Source of the DNA: Bdellovibrionales bacterium RIFOXYD12_FULL_39_22 | Lineage (GTDB): Bacteria > Bdellovibrionota > Bacteriovoracia > Bacteriovoracales > Bacteriovoracaceae | Direction: 5' to 3' | Length of the DNA stretch: 64,000 bases | NCBI GenBank assembly: GCA_001770205.1 | Contig: MEQL01000047.1 | Coordinates: 62,001-126,000, forward strand | Part shown: in pieces, positions 39,878 through 50,549 of the stretch | Layout: each line of letters opens with the position of its first letter | How positions within the stretch are numbered: the first letter of the stretch is position 1 | Made by a program: the position numbers and the translations under genes | Notes under the pieces: generated by a model | Told to the model about the DNA's origin: nothing | The model's database searches: none | Seen by the model: the letters and a program-made list of their open reading frames with translations, nothing else

Positions 39878-41629
39878 CTATCCAATCATTATGCGCCCGT
39901 CGGGATATTCCACCTTTCCTGAACTTGAGCCCCGCTCGGCCAACGCCAATACTAGAGTCAATGGGCCAATACGGCCAATAAACATAACCACCGATATTGC
40001 AATTTTACCCCACATTGATAGTAGTGGAGAGACACCTAAAGATAATCCCACCGTTCCTAGCGCGCTAATAACTTCAAACATTAATGCTAAAGATCCCTTC
40101 TCTGGCTCTAACTGCATCATAATAAAAACAGAAATGACCGCCACTCCCATTGAAATGATGGTAAGGGCAATAGTTCGAACAATGGCCTGAGCAGAAATTT
40201 TACGATCAAAGATTGTAACATCCTTTCTTCCAGTGAGCGTCGCCATTACCGACTGAATCATAATGGCAAAAGAAGTTGTTTTAATCCCACCTCCGGTTGA
40301 GCCCGGGCTGGCCCCGATAAACATAAAAATCATCATGGCGTAAAGCGTATAGGTATGCAGATTGGCCAGGGGAATATTGTTAAACCCGGCCGTACGCAAA
40401 GTCACCGATTGAAAAAGAGAAATTTGCACCTTATCCATCAATGAATATCCCGAAACATCCAGCGCATTAAGATACTCTGAGGCGAAAATCAAAATTGCCC
40501 CTCCAACAGTTAGTACAGCGGAGGTAACTAAAACAATTTTGGCATTTACAGAAATCCGCGACAAACGCTTTCCAAAAAAAACTACCCCTTGCAACTCTTT
40601 CAAAACTATAAACCCTAAACCTCCAAGCGTGATTAGCACCATAATGGTCCAATTCAAAAGGGGATTAGTTGAATAACTTTCAAAGGATGTTGAAAACAGA
40701 GCAAAACCAGCATTACAAAAAGCAGAGATACTATGAAAGAAACCAAAATAAACGGCCTTACCAAAAGAAAATCCCTCAATAATAAATCCGATCGTAAGTA
40801 AAATTGCCCCCCATAATTCGATAAAAAAAGTATACTTGATAATATCTAAAATCATGGATAACAAATCATCCATACTTGATACATCTAATAAATCCTGCAT
40901 TACCATGCGATCCCGCATGGCCATAGACTTCCCCAGAAGAATTGTTATTGATGACGAGAGAGTCATTATCCCAAGGCCTCCGACCTGAATTAGCAACAAA
41001 ATTATCAGCTGGCCAAAAATGGTAAATTGGTCACCAATATTGAGTGTCGACAATCCGGTAACACAGGTGGCAGAAGCTGCCAAAAAAAGCGCATCTTCAA
41101 ATTTAACCGTCTCACTTCCGGCCACCACTACCGGTGGCAACATGAGCAAAAAGGACCCCAATAAAATCGTTGACAAAAAAGAAAGGAAAACAATTTGCGC
41201 AGGACGAAGCTTGGGGCCTAATACAAGTAAACGCGAAGTTGACTTGCGTTTATTACTTCTATCAAAATCATTATCTGCCGAATCATATAAGGCCAAAATC
41301 GAGGAAAGAAGATGTGCCGAAGAGAGCCAAAAAGTTAACTCCTCGTCCCCCCAGGTTATAACCAAAGGTACAAATACAACTATAGAGAAAACATATCTGC
41401 GTAAAAAATCTTCCAGATCCAAAGAATTTATATAATTAACTACTACTGATAAAAAAATCACAATGGGAACTAGCCACATTCCGACATCGATAACTACAGC
41501 AACCATGCTCTGATCCCAAGAAGTGGGAATTTTTTTGTAATGTTTCAGAGCAGAAAGCAGAATAAAACTGCCATTAAAAAATAATTCTAGCAAAAAAGGA
41601 GCTTTTTGGATTAACTGCGACATAGACAT
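39878..41629 (-). CDS. ktrB: Ktr/TrkH K+ uptake membrane subunit with N-terminal TM extension
   Basis: SATCVTGL, SAFCNAGF, RTAGF, GSTGGGIK, SALGTVGLS. Confidence 0.9.
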   Translation of the reverse strand: MSMSQLIQKAPFLLELFFNGSFILLSALKHYKKIPTSWDQSMVAVVIDVGMWLVPIVIFLSVVVNYINSLDLEDFLRRYVFSIVVFVPLVITWGDEELTFWLSSAHLLSSILALYDSADNDFDRSNKRKSTSRLLVLGPKLRPAQIVFLSFLSTILLGSFLLMLPPVVVAGSETVKFEDALFLAASATCVTGLSTLNIGDQFTIFGQLIILLLIQVGGLGIMTLSSSITILLGKSMAMRDRMVMQDLLDVSSMDDLLSMILDIIKYTFFIELWGAILLTIGFIIEGFSFGKAVYFGFFHSISAFCNAGFALFSTSFESYSTNPLLNWTIMVLITLGGLGFIVLKELQGVVFFGKRLSRISVNAKIVLVTSAVLTVGGAILIFASEYLNALDVSGYSLMDKVQISLFQSVTLRTAGFNNIPLANLHTYTLYAMMIFMFIGASPGSTGGGIKTTSFAIMIQSVMATLTGRKDVTIFDRKISAQAIVRTIALTIISMGVAVISVFIMMQLEPEKGSLALMFEVISALGTVGLSLGVSPLLSMWGKIAISVVMFIGRIGPLTLVLALAERGSSSGKVEYPDGRIMIG

Positions 41630-41691
41630 ATGATATTACTATTTTTTATTTTTAATAGTTACTACTTATTACCTATCACTGATACCGCGGA

Positions 41692-42831
41692 ATGAATTTG
41701 ATAAAATTTAAAATTGACCATATTGATTTTTTTGGACAGGGAGTCTCAAAAATCGATAAAAAAATTACTTTTATTCCCAAAACCCTTCCAGAAGAAGAGG
41801 GAACTGCTCAGGTATACGCCTCCAAAAAAGGGGTTCAATTTGCTCAGCTAGTCGAGCTAACTAAAAGTTCACCTTATCGAATAGATCCGACATGCCCTCA
41901 CTACCAACAATGCCAAGGATGTCATTTTCAACACACCACCTACGAGCAGGAGTTGGCCTTTAAAGAGACAACTTTAAAATTTATTATAAAAAAACTTTTC
42001 CCGCACACTCCCAACTTGCCAGTAAATATTATTTCCGCCAAGCAGCGCCTAAACTATCGCAACCGTATTCAACTACACTACGACAAAAAAAATAATTCTT
42101 TGGGATTTATAGATAAAACATCTCACCAAGTTATTGCTGTTCCTAACTGTTGTCTCCCTCTGGCGGCCATTGGCAAAAAATTACAACAATTATACCTGCA
42201 AGATAGTTGGCAACAATTAGTCCAAGAGGAAAAAACACTCGGCCACTTGGAAATTTACCAACAAATCCCAACGGCCCCTCCGGCCATTTCCATAAATCGC
42301 CCATATGCAGAGGCCGGTTTTTCTCAGGTAAATGAAGAGGTCAATCAAAAATTACAAAAAGAGATTGGGGCCATAATTGATCGCCAAGGAACAAGCCCAC
42401 AGATTGATACTATTTTAGATCTATTTGGCGGAAATGGTAATTTAGTAAAGCAAATAAAAGATCGAAAAATATATACCGTCGACGCAAATATTCCACCCAA
42501 AATGCTCGCCACCTCTAACGAACGTCATCTCTTTATCTCGCAAGATCTTTATCATCTTAATGCCATCGATAATCTTCGGGCCACTATTGGTAAAAAGATT
42601 GACTTGATAATTATCGACCCACCTCGTTCTGGCCAAAAAGATCTTCTCCGCTGGGTAGAGACTTTTTTACCCCGCGCCCTTCTCTACGTTAGTTGCAACG
42701 CCCAAACCATGGCCAGAGATTTGGCCGGGATTATTGAGCTTGGACTCCACCCCAAAGAGCTTTGGCTGATTGATCTTTTTCCTGCCACTCATCACTTTGA
42801 GACGGCCATCTTTTTAACGAAGAAAATTTGA
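41692..42831 (+). CDS. RlmD/TrmA-family RNA m5U methyltransferase
   Basis: CPHYQQCQGC, YRNR, FSQVN, LDLFGGNG, DPPRSG, YVSCN, DLFPATHHFE. Confidence 0.87.
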   Translation: MNLIKFKIDHIDFFGQGVSKIDKKITFIPKTLPEEEGTAQVYASKKGVQFAQLVELTKSSPYRIDPTCPHYQQCQGCHFQHTTYEQELAFKETTLKFIIKKLFPHTPNLPVNIISAKQRLNYRNRIQLHYDKKNNSLGFIDKTSHQVIAVPNCCLPLAAIGKKLQQLYLQDSWQQLVQEEKTLGHLEIYQQIPTAPPAISINRPYAEAGFSQVNEEVNQKLQKEIGAIIDRQGTSPQIDTILDLFGGNGNLVKQIKDRKIYTVDANIPPKMLATSNERHLFISQDLYHLNAIDNLRATIGKKIDLIIIDPPRSGQKDLLRWVETFLPRALLYVSCNAQTMARDLAGIIELGLHPKELWLIDLFPATHHFETAIFLTKKI

Positions 42832-42904
42832 TTTACCGTTTCATCCCTTGTAGAATTTATCTGAGTCAGCATAGTTTTACACCCAACTACCATTTGGAGG
42901 GGAT

Positions 42905-43792
42905 ATGGGGCGTTTATTACTAACAACAGGAATCCTTCTTGCTTTTTTCACGACATTTTCATGTTCATCTCCTCAAAAAAGTACCCAAGAAGAACAGGCC
43001 AATCTCTATTATCAGCACGGAACTTCGAAATTAATTAGTCATGAATATACCGACGCCCTAGATAATTTAATTAAGGCCCACCAACTAAACGGTAAGGATT
43101 CCAAAATCTGTAATAATCTAGGCATGGCCTACTACTTCAAAAATGAACTTGCTCGCGCAGAATTTTATCTCAAAAAAGCACTCGATCTTGATGCAAAAAA
43201 CTCCGACGCCAGAAACAACCTTGCTTCACTATATTTTGAGCGCGGCCTATTTGATCTGGCAAAAAAAGAATATCTTAAAATTAAAAATGATCTTGTCTAC
43301 AAGAACCAATATCGCACCTACTACAACTTGGCGCATATCTCTTTGAAAGAAAGAAAGATAAGCGAAGCGATACAAAACCTAAACTCCTCTCTAAAAGAAA
43401 ATTTTGACTACTGTCCGGCCCATTTTCTACTTGGAAAAATTGAATTTGGCCAAGAGCGCTACCAAAAGGCATATGAAAATTTCAGAGAAGCATCCATGGG
43501 AACCTGTGTAAACAATCCAGAACCTCACTACGAGCAGGCCCGCTGTTTAATTAAACTCTCTCGTTTTAATGATGCGGCAGAAAAATTAGAATATCTAATA
43601 GCTAAATTTCCTAACGACCGCCTAGCGGTAACCGCCACGCAAACGCTGAATCAAATTAAAAGTAGCAACAATAGTTTAACCAGAAGGCCCTCCTACGAAC
43701 CAAACAGTTTCGAAATGAGTGAGTCTTCCAATGATTTTAGCACAAAAGAAAATGATGAAAACGATGAGTATTTTAACTCTCCGCAATTTTAG
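42905..43792 (+). CDS. TPR lipoprotein, PilF/PilW/Tgl-like pilotin
   Basis: Lipobox-like TFSC; TPRs (NNLGMAYY, ARNNLASLY); upstream of rodZ as in the known pilW-rodZ synteny. Confidence 0.72.
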   Translation: MGRLLLTTGILLAFFTTFSCSSPQKSTQEEQANLYYQHGTSKLISHEYTDALDNLIKAHQLNGKDSKICNNLGMAYYFKNELARAEFYLKKALDLDAKNSDARNNLASLYFERGLFDLAKKEYLKIKNDLVYKNQYRTYYNLAHISLKERKISEAIQNLNSSLKENFDYCPAHFLLGKIEFGQERYQKAYENFREASMGTCVNNPEPHYEQARCLIKLSRFNDAAEKLEYLIAKFPNDRLAVTATQTLNQIKSSNNSLTRRPSYEPNSFEMSESSNDFSTKENDENDEYFNSPQF

Positions 43793-43814
43793 ATAGACAG
43801 GAGTTTGAGGCAAA

Positions 43815-45032
43815 ATGGAAAAAATAAATAATCAAGTTGAAAACGAGCAATCTCCTGCTATTACTTCCACCATTGGAAATTTTCTACGCGCGCAACGAGA
43901 AAAATGCGGACTTAGTCGAGAAGAAGTTTCCTCTCGAACTAAAATTAATCTTACAATGATCTCCCTTTTAGAGGATGATAAGCTAAAAACTCTTCCCAGC
44001 AGAGCATATGTTACAGGTTACGTTAAGGCCTACTGCAAAGAACTAGATGCAAGTATAGAAGAAGCAATGAAATATTTAGATAGTACTTATCGCTCCATGG
44101 ATGTGGCCAAACACGGCATTAGTGCGGTAGAAACTTTTTACGCTAAAGAGGGCCCCGTAACAAACTATTCTAAACACGTCTTGATTGTTGCTATCATTGG
44201 TATCTTTCTTGGATTTGGATATTATCTCTTCAATCAAGATAACGGGCCCAAGGCCAAGCAAAAAAAAATAATTCACCCCGAAACACTTAATGCTCAAACT
44301 CCTCTGCTAAAGGAGTTGCCACAAAAAAATGCGGCCATGGCCGCCACACCAATGGCCATTTCAACTGCCGCGACAAATCTTGCAGTGGCCGCAGCTACCC
44401 CTACGCATGTTGCAGCGATAGCTGCTACTGCAATTGCCACCCCAACGGCCATTCCTGTTCTCAAGGCGACTCCACTGGCCGCCATATTACCTATTTTGGC
44501 CCCTCTCTCGCTTCCAACTCCGACATCAACAGCATCTTCGTCCACCAAACAAGCGGCCGCACCAAATGTAAAAATGACTAAATTCCCAGAAAACACTTTT
44601 GAAATTGCCAAAGATGCTGACTCTTTGGCACTAAGCAAGACACTCCCCGAAGGAGTTCGGCTAAATAATAATAAAGAATTGGAAAATGTCTACGTACAAG
44701 CAGTAAATGGAGACACCTGGTTGACCTATAAAGTTGCAGAAAAACCAGTAGTCAAATCGCTAATCAAGCAGGGCGAATCACTAGTATTACGCGGTGAAGA
44801 GATTCGTATCTTTTTTGGCAATGTGAATGTCACCAGAATTTGGTACAATAATCAACTTATTAAAACCCCCTCCGTCAGTGGAGTGAAGAGCTTAGTATTT
44901 CCAGCCTCGGCACAAAATAAATATTCAATCCCGCTTTTCATCTATCGCCCAGATGGTACAGTGGAAACGAGTGATGAATATATAAAATCTTTACCGGCAA
45001 CCGCTCCAACTTCAGGCCCTCCACTTCGTTAA
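43815..45032 (+). CDS. rodZ: RodZ-like cell-shape protein
   Basis: HTH (IGNFLRAQRE...YVTGYVKAYCKEL), single TM, Ala/Pro/Thr linker, DUF4115-like C-terminus. Confidence 0.82.
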   Translation: MEKINNQVENEQSPAITSTIGNFLRAQREKCGLSREEVSSRTKINLTMISLLEDDKLKTLPSRAYVTGYVKAYCKELDASIEEAMKYLDSTYRSMDVAKHGISAVETFYAKEGPVTNYSKHVLIVAIIGIFLGFGYYLFNQDNGPKAKQKKIIHPETLNAQTPLLKELPQKNAAMAATPMAISTAATNLAVAAATPTHVAAIAATAIATPTAIPVLKATPLAAILPILAPLSLPTPTSTASSSTKQAAAPNVKMTKFPENTFEIAKDADSLALSKTLPEGVRLNNNKELENVYVQAVNGDTWLTYKVAEKPVVKSLIKQGESLVLRGEEIRIFFGNVNVTRIWYNNQLIKTPSVSGVKSLVFPASAQNKYSIPLFIYRPDGTVETSDEYIKSLPATAPTSGPPLR

Positions 45033-45063
45033 AATTGTTGTATAGATGCTGTATAGGCCTTAC

Positions 45064-46191
45064 CTAGCTAACCCAATCTAGTCGTCGATAAAAGTAGATT
45101 GCAATCATCAATAGTAGTGCCGTTGGAAAAAAAATTGATACTCCGGCAGACAATACATTGTCTTTGGACAAACTGAGGCCGAGAAAAAATAAAACATAAT
45201 AAAGTGCCACGGATACAAAAGCAAAAACAGTAGAATTTCCCTTAGCACCTCTTCCGCGTTTTACTCCAATAGAAAATCCCAAAAAAATAAAAATTACAAT
45301 TAACAGCGGGGTATTATAACGAGAATATAGCTCTAAGCGCGCCTTGGTTATACCGCCCTTATCAACTTTCTTTGCCATAGACTTTTTCTTGATTTTTTCC
45401 CATAATTCGTCATTAGTTAGCATGCTGTTACGGGTATCGATTGAAACTTTATAGGCACCCTCAAACAGCGGAAAATTATACTCTTTAAAAATAATTTTCT
45501 CTGTTCGCTTCTTTGCTTTATTAACTTTTACAATATTTCCATTTGATAAATTAAGACGCATAGAAGATGCTCCCCATTTATCCATTTTTTGCTTAATCAC
45601 CAGGCCCTTGTTGGCCATTATTACCTTATCTTCATCTTTGGCCGTTTTTCCAAGAGAGTGAATGAAAACATTTTCTAATTTTTCCCCTCCCTCTTCCACC
45701 TTTTCGGCAAAAAGAGTTATTTTTGGAACATCCGTAAAAAATTGTTCTTGCTTTATATCCTGCAACAATCCTTTGGAGGTTAATTGGATCATTCCACTTC
45801 TAAATTCTCTTTTCGAAAATGGGATTAAATTTTGATTTAGGGCAAATACCGAAATGGCCACCGCCACTCCAACAATCATAAATGGCGTCAAAATTTTTTC
45901 TTTGGAAAATCCAAAAGAACGCATAGCAATTATTTCCGAATCTTCACTCAACTTATTCAAGGCATATATTGCAGAAAAAATTGCGGCCAAGGGGGCGGCC
46001 AAGGGAATAAAAGTTACTGCAACATGGCCCATTAGCTTTAAAATTAGTATAACATCAATATCTTTTCGAACCACCAGGCGCACAATCTTGAACAACTCAA
46101 AAGTAAGTAAAAAACTTACAAAAAACATTACACTCGTTACAAACGGGGGAATAAAGCTTGCGGCCAAATATCTTGATGCGATCTTCATCAT
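45064..46191 (-). CDS. lptF: LPS export permease, LptF/LptG family
   Basis: LSEDSEIIAMRSFG; 3+3 TM layout with periplasmic beta domain; divergent from pepA. Confidence 0.82.
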   Translation of the reverse strand: MMKIASRYLAASFIPPFVTSVMFFVSFLLTFELFKIVRLVVRKDIDVILILKLMGHVAVTFIPLAAPLAAIFSAIYALNKLSEDSEIIAMRSFGFSKEKILTPFMIVGVAVAISVFALNQNLIPFSKREFRSGMIQLTSKGLLQDIKQEQFFTDVPKITLFAEKVEEGGEKLENVFIHSLGKTAKDEDKVIMANKGLVIKQKMDKWGASSMRLNLSNGNIVKVNKAKKRTEKIIFKEYNFPLFEGAYKVSIDTRNSMLTNDELWEKIKKKSMAKKVDKGGITKARLELYSRYNTPLLIVIFIFLGFSIGVKRGRGAKGNSTVFAFVSVALYYVLFFLGLSLSKDNVLSAGVSIFFPTALLLMIAIYFYRRLDWVS

Positions 46192-46255
46192 AGCGTGATA
46201 TTCTATCCTCCATTATATAATTTTCAAACTATATTTTTACATTCTAGGAGTAATC

Positions 46256-47758
46256 GTGAAATTTGATTTTACAAGCAATAAGGATATTTTTTCAAGCGAA
46301 CTCATTCTTTTCTCGGCCTTTAATAAGCAGAGTAAATTAGATATCTCTCACTGGCCTTCCGACATCGCTAAAGTTTTTTACAATATCAAAAGCTCTTTTC
46401 TGTATAATGGAAAAATGAGCGAAACCTTCTTTTTTAATCTGACATCTGGAACTACTGTAATGATTTACGGCCTGGGGGAAAAAGAAAAGCTAAACTGGGA
46501 AACTTTGCGCAAAGAGATGGCCAAAACTTATAAGGCAATAAAGTTGACTAACTCTTCCGTCACAATTGATATTGCTCAATTTGCTATAAAAAAGCAATTC
46601 GACAAAACAATCCAAACAATCTGTGAATCATTTCTGCTAACGGCCTATGAATTTAACAAGTATAAAACCCTAAATAAGGATAAAACACCCACCAAGTTAG
46701 AAATAATTAATTTCCATCTGCCCCCCAAAAGCGGTCTACGTCCGGCCAACCTAAAATCCCTCATCACAAACACAGAAACAATTGTTTCGGCAATTAATTT
46801 TTCCCGAGATCTCAGTAATGAGGCCCCCAATATTTTGCACTCCGAAAATTTTGCTAAAATCATTGCAGAAGATGCCAAACTTTTAAAAAAGGTCAAAATA
46901 AAAGTCTTAACACAAAAAGAGATTGAAAAAGAAAAAATGAATCTCTTCTTAGCAGTAAATGCCGCATCTCAATATGAGGCGCGTTTAGTTGAACTTTCCT
47001 ATACGCCTAGTAAGGTTACAAAAAACACCAAACATATTGTACTTGTTGGAAAGGGATTAACTTTCGATACTGGAGGCCTTTGTCTCAAACCCGCTTCCTC
47101 AATTGAAAATATGAAATATGATATGACCGGAGCGGCCACCATGTATGCGGCCTTCAAGGCCTGCTGCTTTCTAAATGTAAAAACTAAAGTAACATGCCTT
47201 TTGGGTATGACAGACAATACTATCTCAGCATCTGCAACTTTACCTGATGCCATTATTAAAAGCAGAAAAGGTACCACTGTTGAAATATTAAATACCGATG
47301 CAGAAGGCCGATTAGTCCTCGCCGATCTTTTAGACTACGCCTGCGAAATGCATCCCAACTACGTAATTGACTGCGCTACTCTTACAGGCGCAATTTTGGT
47401 AGCACTGGGACCTGAAATTTGCGGCCTTTTTGGTAATAACGATAAACTAATCTCGGATATCACCAAAAGCGCTAAAAATTGTAATGAATATATTTGGCAT
47501 ATGCCAATCATTGAAGAATTTAAAAGTGATTTGAAATCCAATTGCGCAGATCTACGCAATCTTGGAACTTCTCGTAACGGAGGTGCTAGTAAGGCCGCGG
47601 CCTTCCTTGAGCATTTCATAAAAAATGATGTGGCCTGGGCACATCTAGATATTGCGGGTGTGGCCGGTTCACAATCACATCTCCCTTACTGCCCATCCAA
47701 GGGAGCTAGTGGATTAATGATTCGCACCTTAATTGATTTTATCAGCGGCCATGCATAA
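46256..47758 (+). CDS. pepA: Leucyl aminopeptidase (M17)
   Basis: VGKGLTFDTGG, MKYDMTGAA, NTDAEGRL, WAHLDIAG. Confidence 0.93.
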   Translation: MKFDFTSNKDIFSSELILFSAFNKQSKLDISHWPSDIAKVFYNIKSSFLYNGKMSETFFFNLTSGTTVMIYGLGEKEKLNWETLRKEMAKTYKAIKLTNSSVTIDIAQFAIKKQFDKTIQTICESFLLTAYEFNKYKTLNKDKTPTKLEIINFHLPPKSGLRPANLKSLITNTETIVSAINFSRDLSNEAPNILHSENFAKIIAEDAKLLKKVKIKVLTQKEIEKEKMNLFLAVNAASQYEARLVELSYTPSKVTKNTKHIVLVGKGLTFDTGGLCLKPASSIENMKYDMTGAATMYAAFKACCFLNVKTKVTCLLGMTDNTISASATLPDAIIKSRKGTTVEILNTDAEGRLVLADLLDYACEMHPNYVIDCATLTGAILVALGPEICGLFGNNDKLISDITKSAKNCNEYIWHMPIIEEFKSDLKSNCADLRNLGTSRNGGASKAAAFLEHFIKNDVAWAHLDIAGVAGSQSHLPYCPSKGASGLMIRTLIDFISGHA

Positions 47759-48230
47759 GTTTAATGTCGTTTTATACCGCCCGGAAATTCCTGGAAATAC
47801 TGGCACCATTGGCCGCAGCTGTTTGGCGCTCAACGCTCGCTTAATTCTAATTCGTCCATACGGATTTGATCTCTCCGAAAAATCAGTGCGCCGAGCTGGC
47901 CTAGATTATTGGAAATATGTGCAGCTAACCGAATATGATTCTTGGGAAGATTTTATGGCGTCCGAAAAACCCACCACTTCTCAACTTTTTTTTCTTAGCA
48001 CCAAAGCACAAAAGAACTACTACCATGCCGCCTTTTCTCCATCCTCTTATCTCGTCTTTGGCCAAGAAACAAAGGGACTGCCGAAATCTCTTTTTGAAGA
48101 ATTTCCTTCCCAATTTTTCAAAATACCGATGTATAGCGATAAGGTTCGTTCCCTAAATTTGGCCAATGCCGCCACGGCCGTAATGTATGAGGCCATTCGC
48201 CAAATTGACTACACATCACAAACTACCTAA
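47751..48230 (+). CDS. trmL: tRNA (cytidine/uridine-34 2'-O)-methyltransferase
   Basis: PEIPGNTG, RRAGLDYW, FGQETKGLP, RSLNLAN. Confidence 0.93.
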   Translation: MHKFNVVLYRPEIPGNTGTIGRSCLALNARLILIRPYGFDLSEKSVRRAGLDYWKYVQLTEYDSWEDFMASEKPTTSQLFFLSTKAQKNYYHAAFSPSSYLVFGQETKGLPKSLFEEFPSQFFKIPMYSDKVRSLNLANAATAVMYEAIRQIDYTSQTT

Positions 48231-48251
48231 TGTTTCTGATAAATTTAAAAA

Positions 48252-49331
48252 CTAGAATTTATACGCCAACGAAAAATTAGTCACCGAACCAAACGATCCC
48301 TGCTTATTACCATCACGATCTTGTCCAACCATTCCATCGATATTGACCTTTCCTACTGTTATGGTGATGCCAGTAGAAACATCAGTCGTGTTGGAAAAAG
48401 ATTTAAAATCTCCACTAGAATTTTCTTCCCCACCAATAAATGATTGCTTGATTGATGCTCGAAGAAAAAGCCATGGCATTATTTGCGTTTCAAACCCTAA
48501 ACATAGAGGCAGGCCATACTCCGTTAGTTCCAAATCGGCAGTACCTGAAATCTTTTCTGTGTCGCTATAATATTTTAAATCGGCAAATAACTTAGACACA
48601 CTATCTAACTGGAAAGTAGTTCCCGCACCAACATTAATTTTTTGCTCCGACTTATGAGTAATATCACCAACCGAAGATTTAAAACCATTTTTTTCATAAT
48701 CAATAAAAAAAGTGCTCCCTAAAAAATTATAGGCAACACCCAATTTCATTCCCAAATCAGTTTCCCATTTATCATCTTTAATCGTCGCTCCGTTTGCAAC
48801 ATCCTGAAGATCAAAATTACAATAACCATCCACTTTATCGATAGACACACCTAAACCAATACCTACTGCACTATATGATCGATCTACTGCCGATTGACGA
48901 TCTTTTCCTGCAGCAAAATGGCCACGCGCTCCCCACGTAAATCCCGCATCTCCTCCAAAAAGAAAATCTACTCGATTGTCTTTGGCCAAAAAATTAGCGG
49001 CAGTACGCGCACTATTGTTGGCGTTAATTTCACTGCCCAAATAAACACCCCACACAAAATCAGCGAAATCAAAAATAATGCCTCCCTCTGAATTAGGATT
49101 GCTATCAGAAGAACTGGCCGATCCCAATTCAGTAATAAAATAGTTTTTCTGTTGATTGATGGTGGCCGGATTTAAAAAAATTGATCGACTATCTTTGATA
49201 TAAAATGAACCATAATCACTGCTTTGTCCCAAGGCCAACATTCTTGCTTTCGAGGCATAACAAACATTAATTGCACCCCAAAAAATTAGAAACATTACTA
49301 TCAGGCTTATCCAAATTCGAGAATAGATCAT
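48252..49331 (-). CDS. Outer-membrane beta-barrel, PopA/major-OMP-like of Bdellovibrionota
   Basis: Signal peptide then SKARMLALG...FLNPA...EGG; amphipathic strands; C-terminal YKF. Confidence 0.7.
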   Translation of the reverse strand: MIYSRIWISLIVMFLIFWGAINVCYASKARMLALGQSSDYGSFYIKDSRSIFLNPATINQQKNYFITELGSASSSDSNPNSEGGIIFDFADFVWGVYLGSEINANNSARTAANFLAKDNRVDFLFGGDAGFTWGARGHFAAGKDRQSAVDRSYSAVGIGLGVSIDKVDGYCNFDLQDVANGATIKDDKWETDLGMKLGVAYNFLGSTFFIDYEKNGFKSSVGDITHKSEQKINVGAGTTFQLDSVSKLFADLKYYSDTEKISGTADLELTEYGLPLCLGFETQIMPWLFLRASIKQSFIGGEENSSGDFKSFSNTTDVSTGITITVGKVNIDGMVGQDRDGNKQGSFGSVTNFSLAYKF

Positions 49332-50494
49332 ATAATAATTCCCTGTTTTAGTTGTTCAAGTCCCAAAATCCCACGAGCAATGTGCGAAATCTTTTTTCCA
49401 TTAAAAACTTCCGCATATTTATTGTAGAAAATACCAATCAAAGGTGCATTTTCTCCAATAAAATATAACTTTTCATCCGCACCATATCCATTGTTTAAAA
49501 TAGTATCATCTAATGTTGCGCAGGGAGAGATTGTTGATAAATAAATAGTATCATTCTTGGCCTTAAAACTGTTGCCAAAAATTTTCTCCAAACCCTTTCT
49601 TAGCACTCTAACCCGACGAGCAATCTCTTCTTCCGAACTCTCCTCTTCGCTAATAAAATGCAAAAAATCTCCTCTATATTTTCCAAGCAGTCCGCTGTTT
49701 TCTCTAAATTCGCCAATAAAATGGCCCTGCTCATGTGTCAAACTTAGTGGAATAAACATAGTGGCAACACTATCGGTCACCGGATGATCAAAATAATATG
49801 TGACAAAAAGTGAATACAAATTATCACCACTACTTGCGAATTGTCGCAACTTAACATCAATAATTTTTTCTTCGGCCAAATTAAAAAATTCTTTTTGTCC
49901 ATTACCCCAAATTAAAAATTCTGATTCAATTAAGACATCGTCGGCACAACGAATCTGCCAAATAGACTTCTCCCCATCCTGGAAATTCTTAACCTCTTGG
50001 CCTATTTTTTTTATCAGCGCATTAATTTTTATTTTATCGAATTTATCTGCAAAGGCAGTATCTGTTAAAAAATCAAAAAACACTTTCTCATTAAAAGTAC
50101 AGGCCGCCTCAGTATAAAACTCTTCTCCAGCTAATAATGGTTCCGACTTTGATCGTCCACCAAACTCCCGAAATTTCTGCTCCTTGAAAAAAATAGGATT
50201 CGGGCCGACTGGTAATTTCTCTTTTTCTGGCAATATTGCCGCCAGTGCTGCAATATTATCATGGCCTCTCAACCTTGATGGCCCATAACAATGTAGGCAC
50301 TCTAGCTTAACTTCCTTAGAAGTTATCAGCAAAATCGACTCCTCTCCCCAATAAGTGGCCAAGGTATGTGCCGCAGAAACAGCAAAAATATCATCGCCCA
50401 CCACCACACCTTTATAGGCCTTGGTGATTCCATCCTTGGTACTAACTTTTTTTAACGAATGCAGCTTCTCAAATACCATCCGATCTAACTCCAC
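49328..50494 (-). CDS. Hypothetical protein, possible degenerate Rossmann-fold oxidoreductase
   Basis: YKGVVVGDDIFAVSAAHTLA resembles a dinucleotide-binding start without GxGxxG. Confidence 0.6.
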   Translation of the reverse strand: MELDRMVFEKLHSLKKVSTKDGITKAYKGVVVGDDIFAVSAAHTLATYWGEESILLITSKEVKLECLHCYGPSRLRGHDNIAALAAILPEKEKLPVGPNPIFFKEQKFREFGGRSKSEPLLAGEEFYTEAACTFNEKVFFDFLTDTAFADKFDKIKINALIKKIGQEVKNFQDGEKSIWQIRCADDVLIESEFLIWGNGQKEFFNLAEEKIIDVKLRQFASSGDNLYSLFVTYYFDHPVTDSVATMFIPLSLTHEQGHFIGEFRENSGLLGKYRGDFLHFISEEESSEEEIARRVRVLRKGLEKIFGNSFKAKNDTIYLSTISPCATLDDTILNNGYGADEKLYFIGENAPLIGIFYNKYAEVFNGKKISHIARGILGLEQLKQGIII

Positions 50495-50549
50495 GGTTAA
50501 CTAAAATATAAATTATGCTAAAAAATATACTGTGATAATTTTGAAAATA

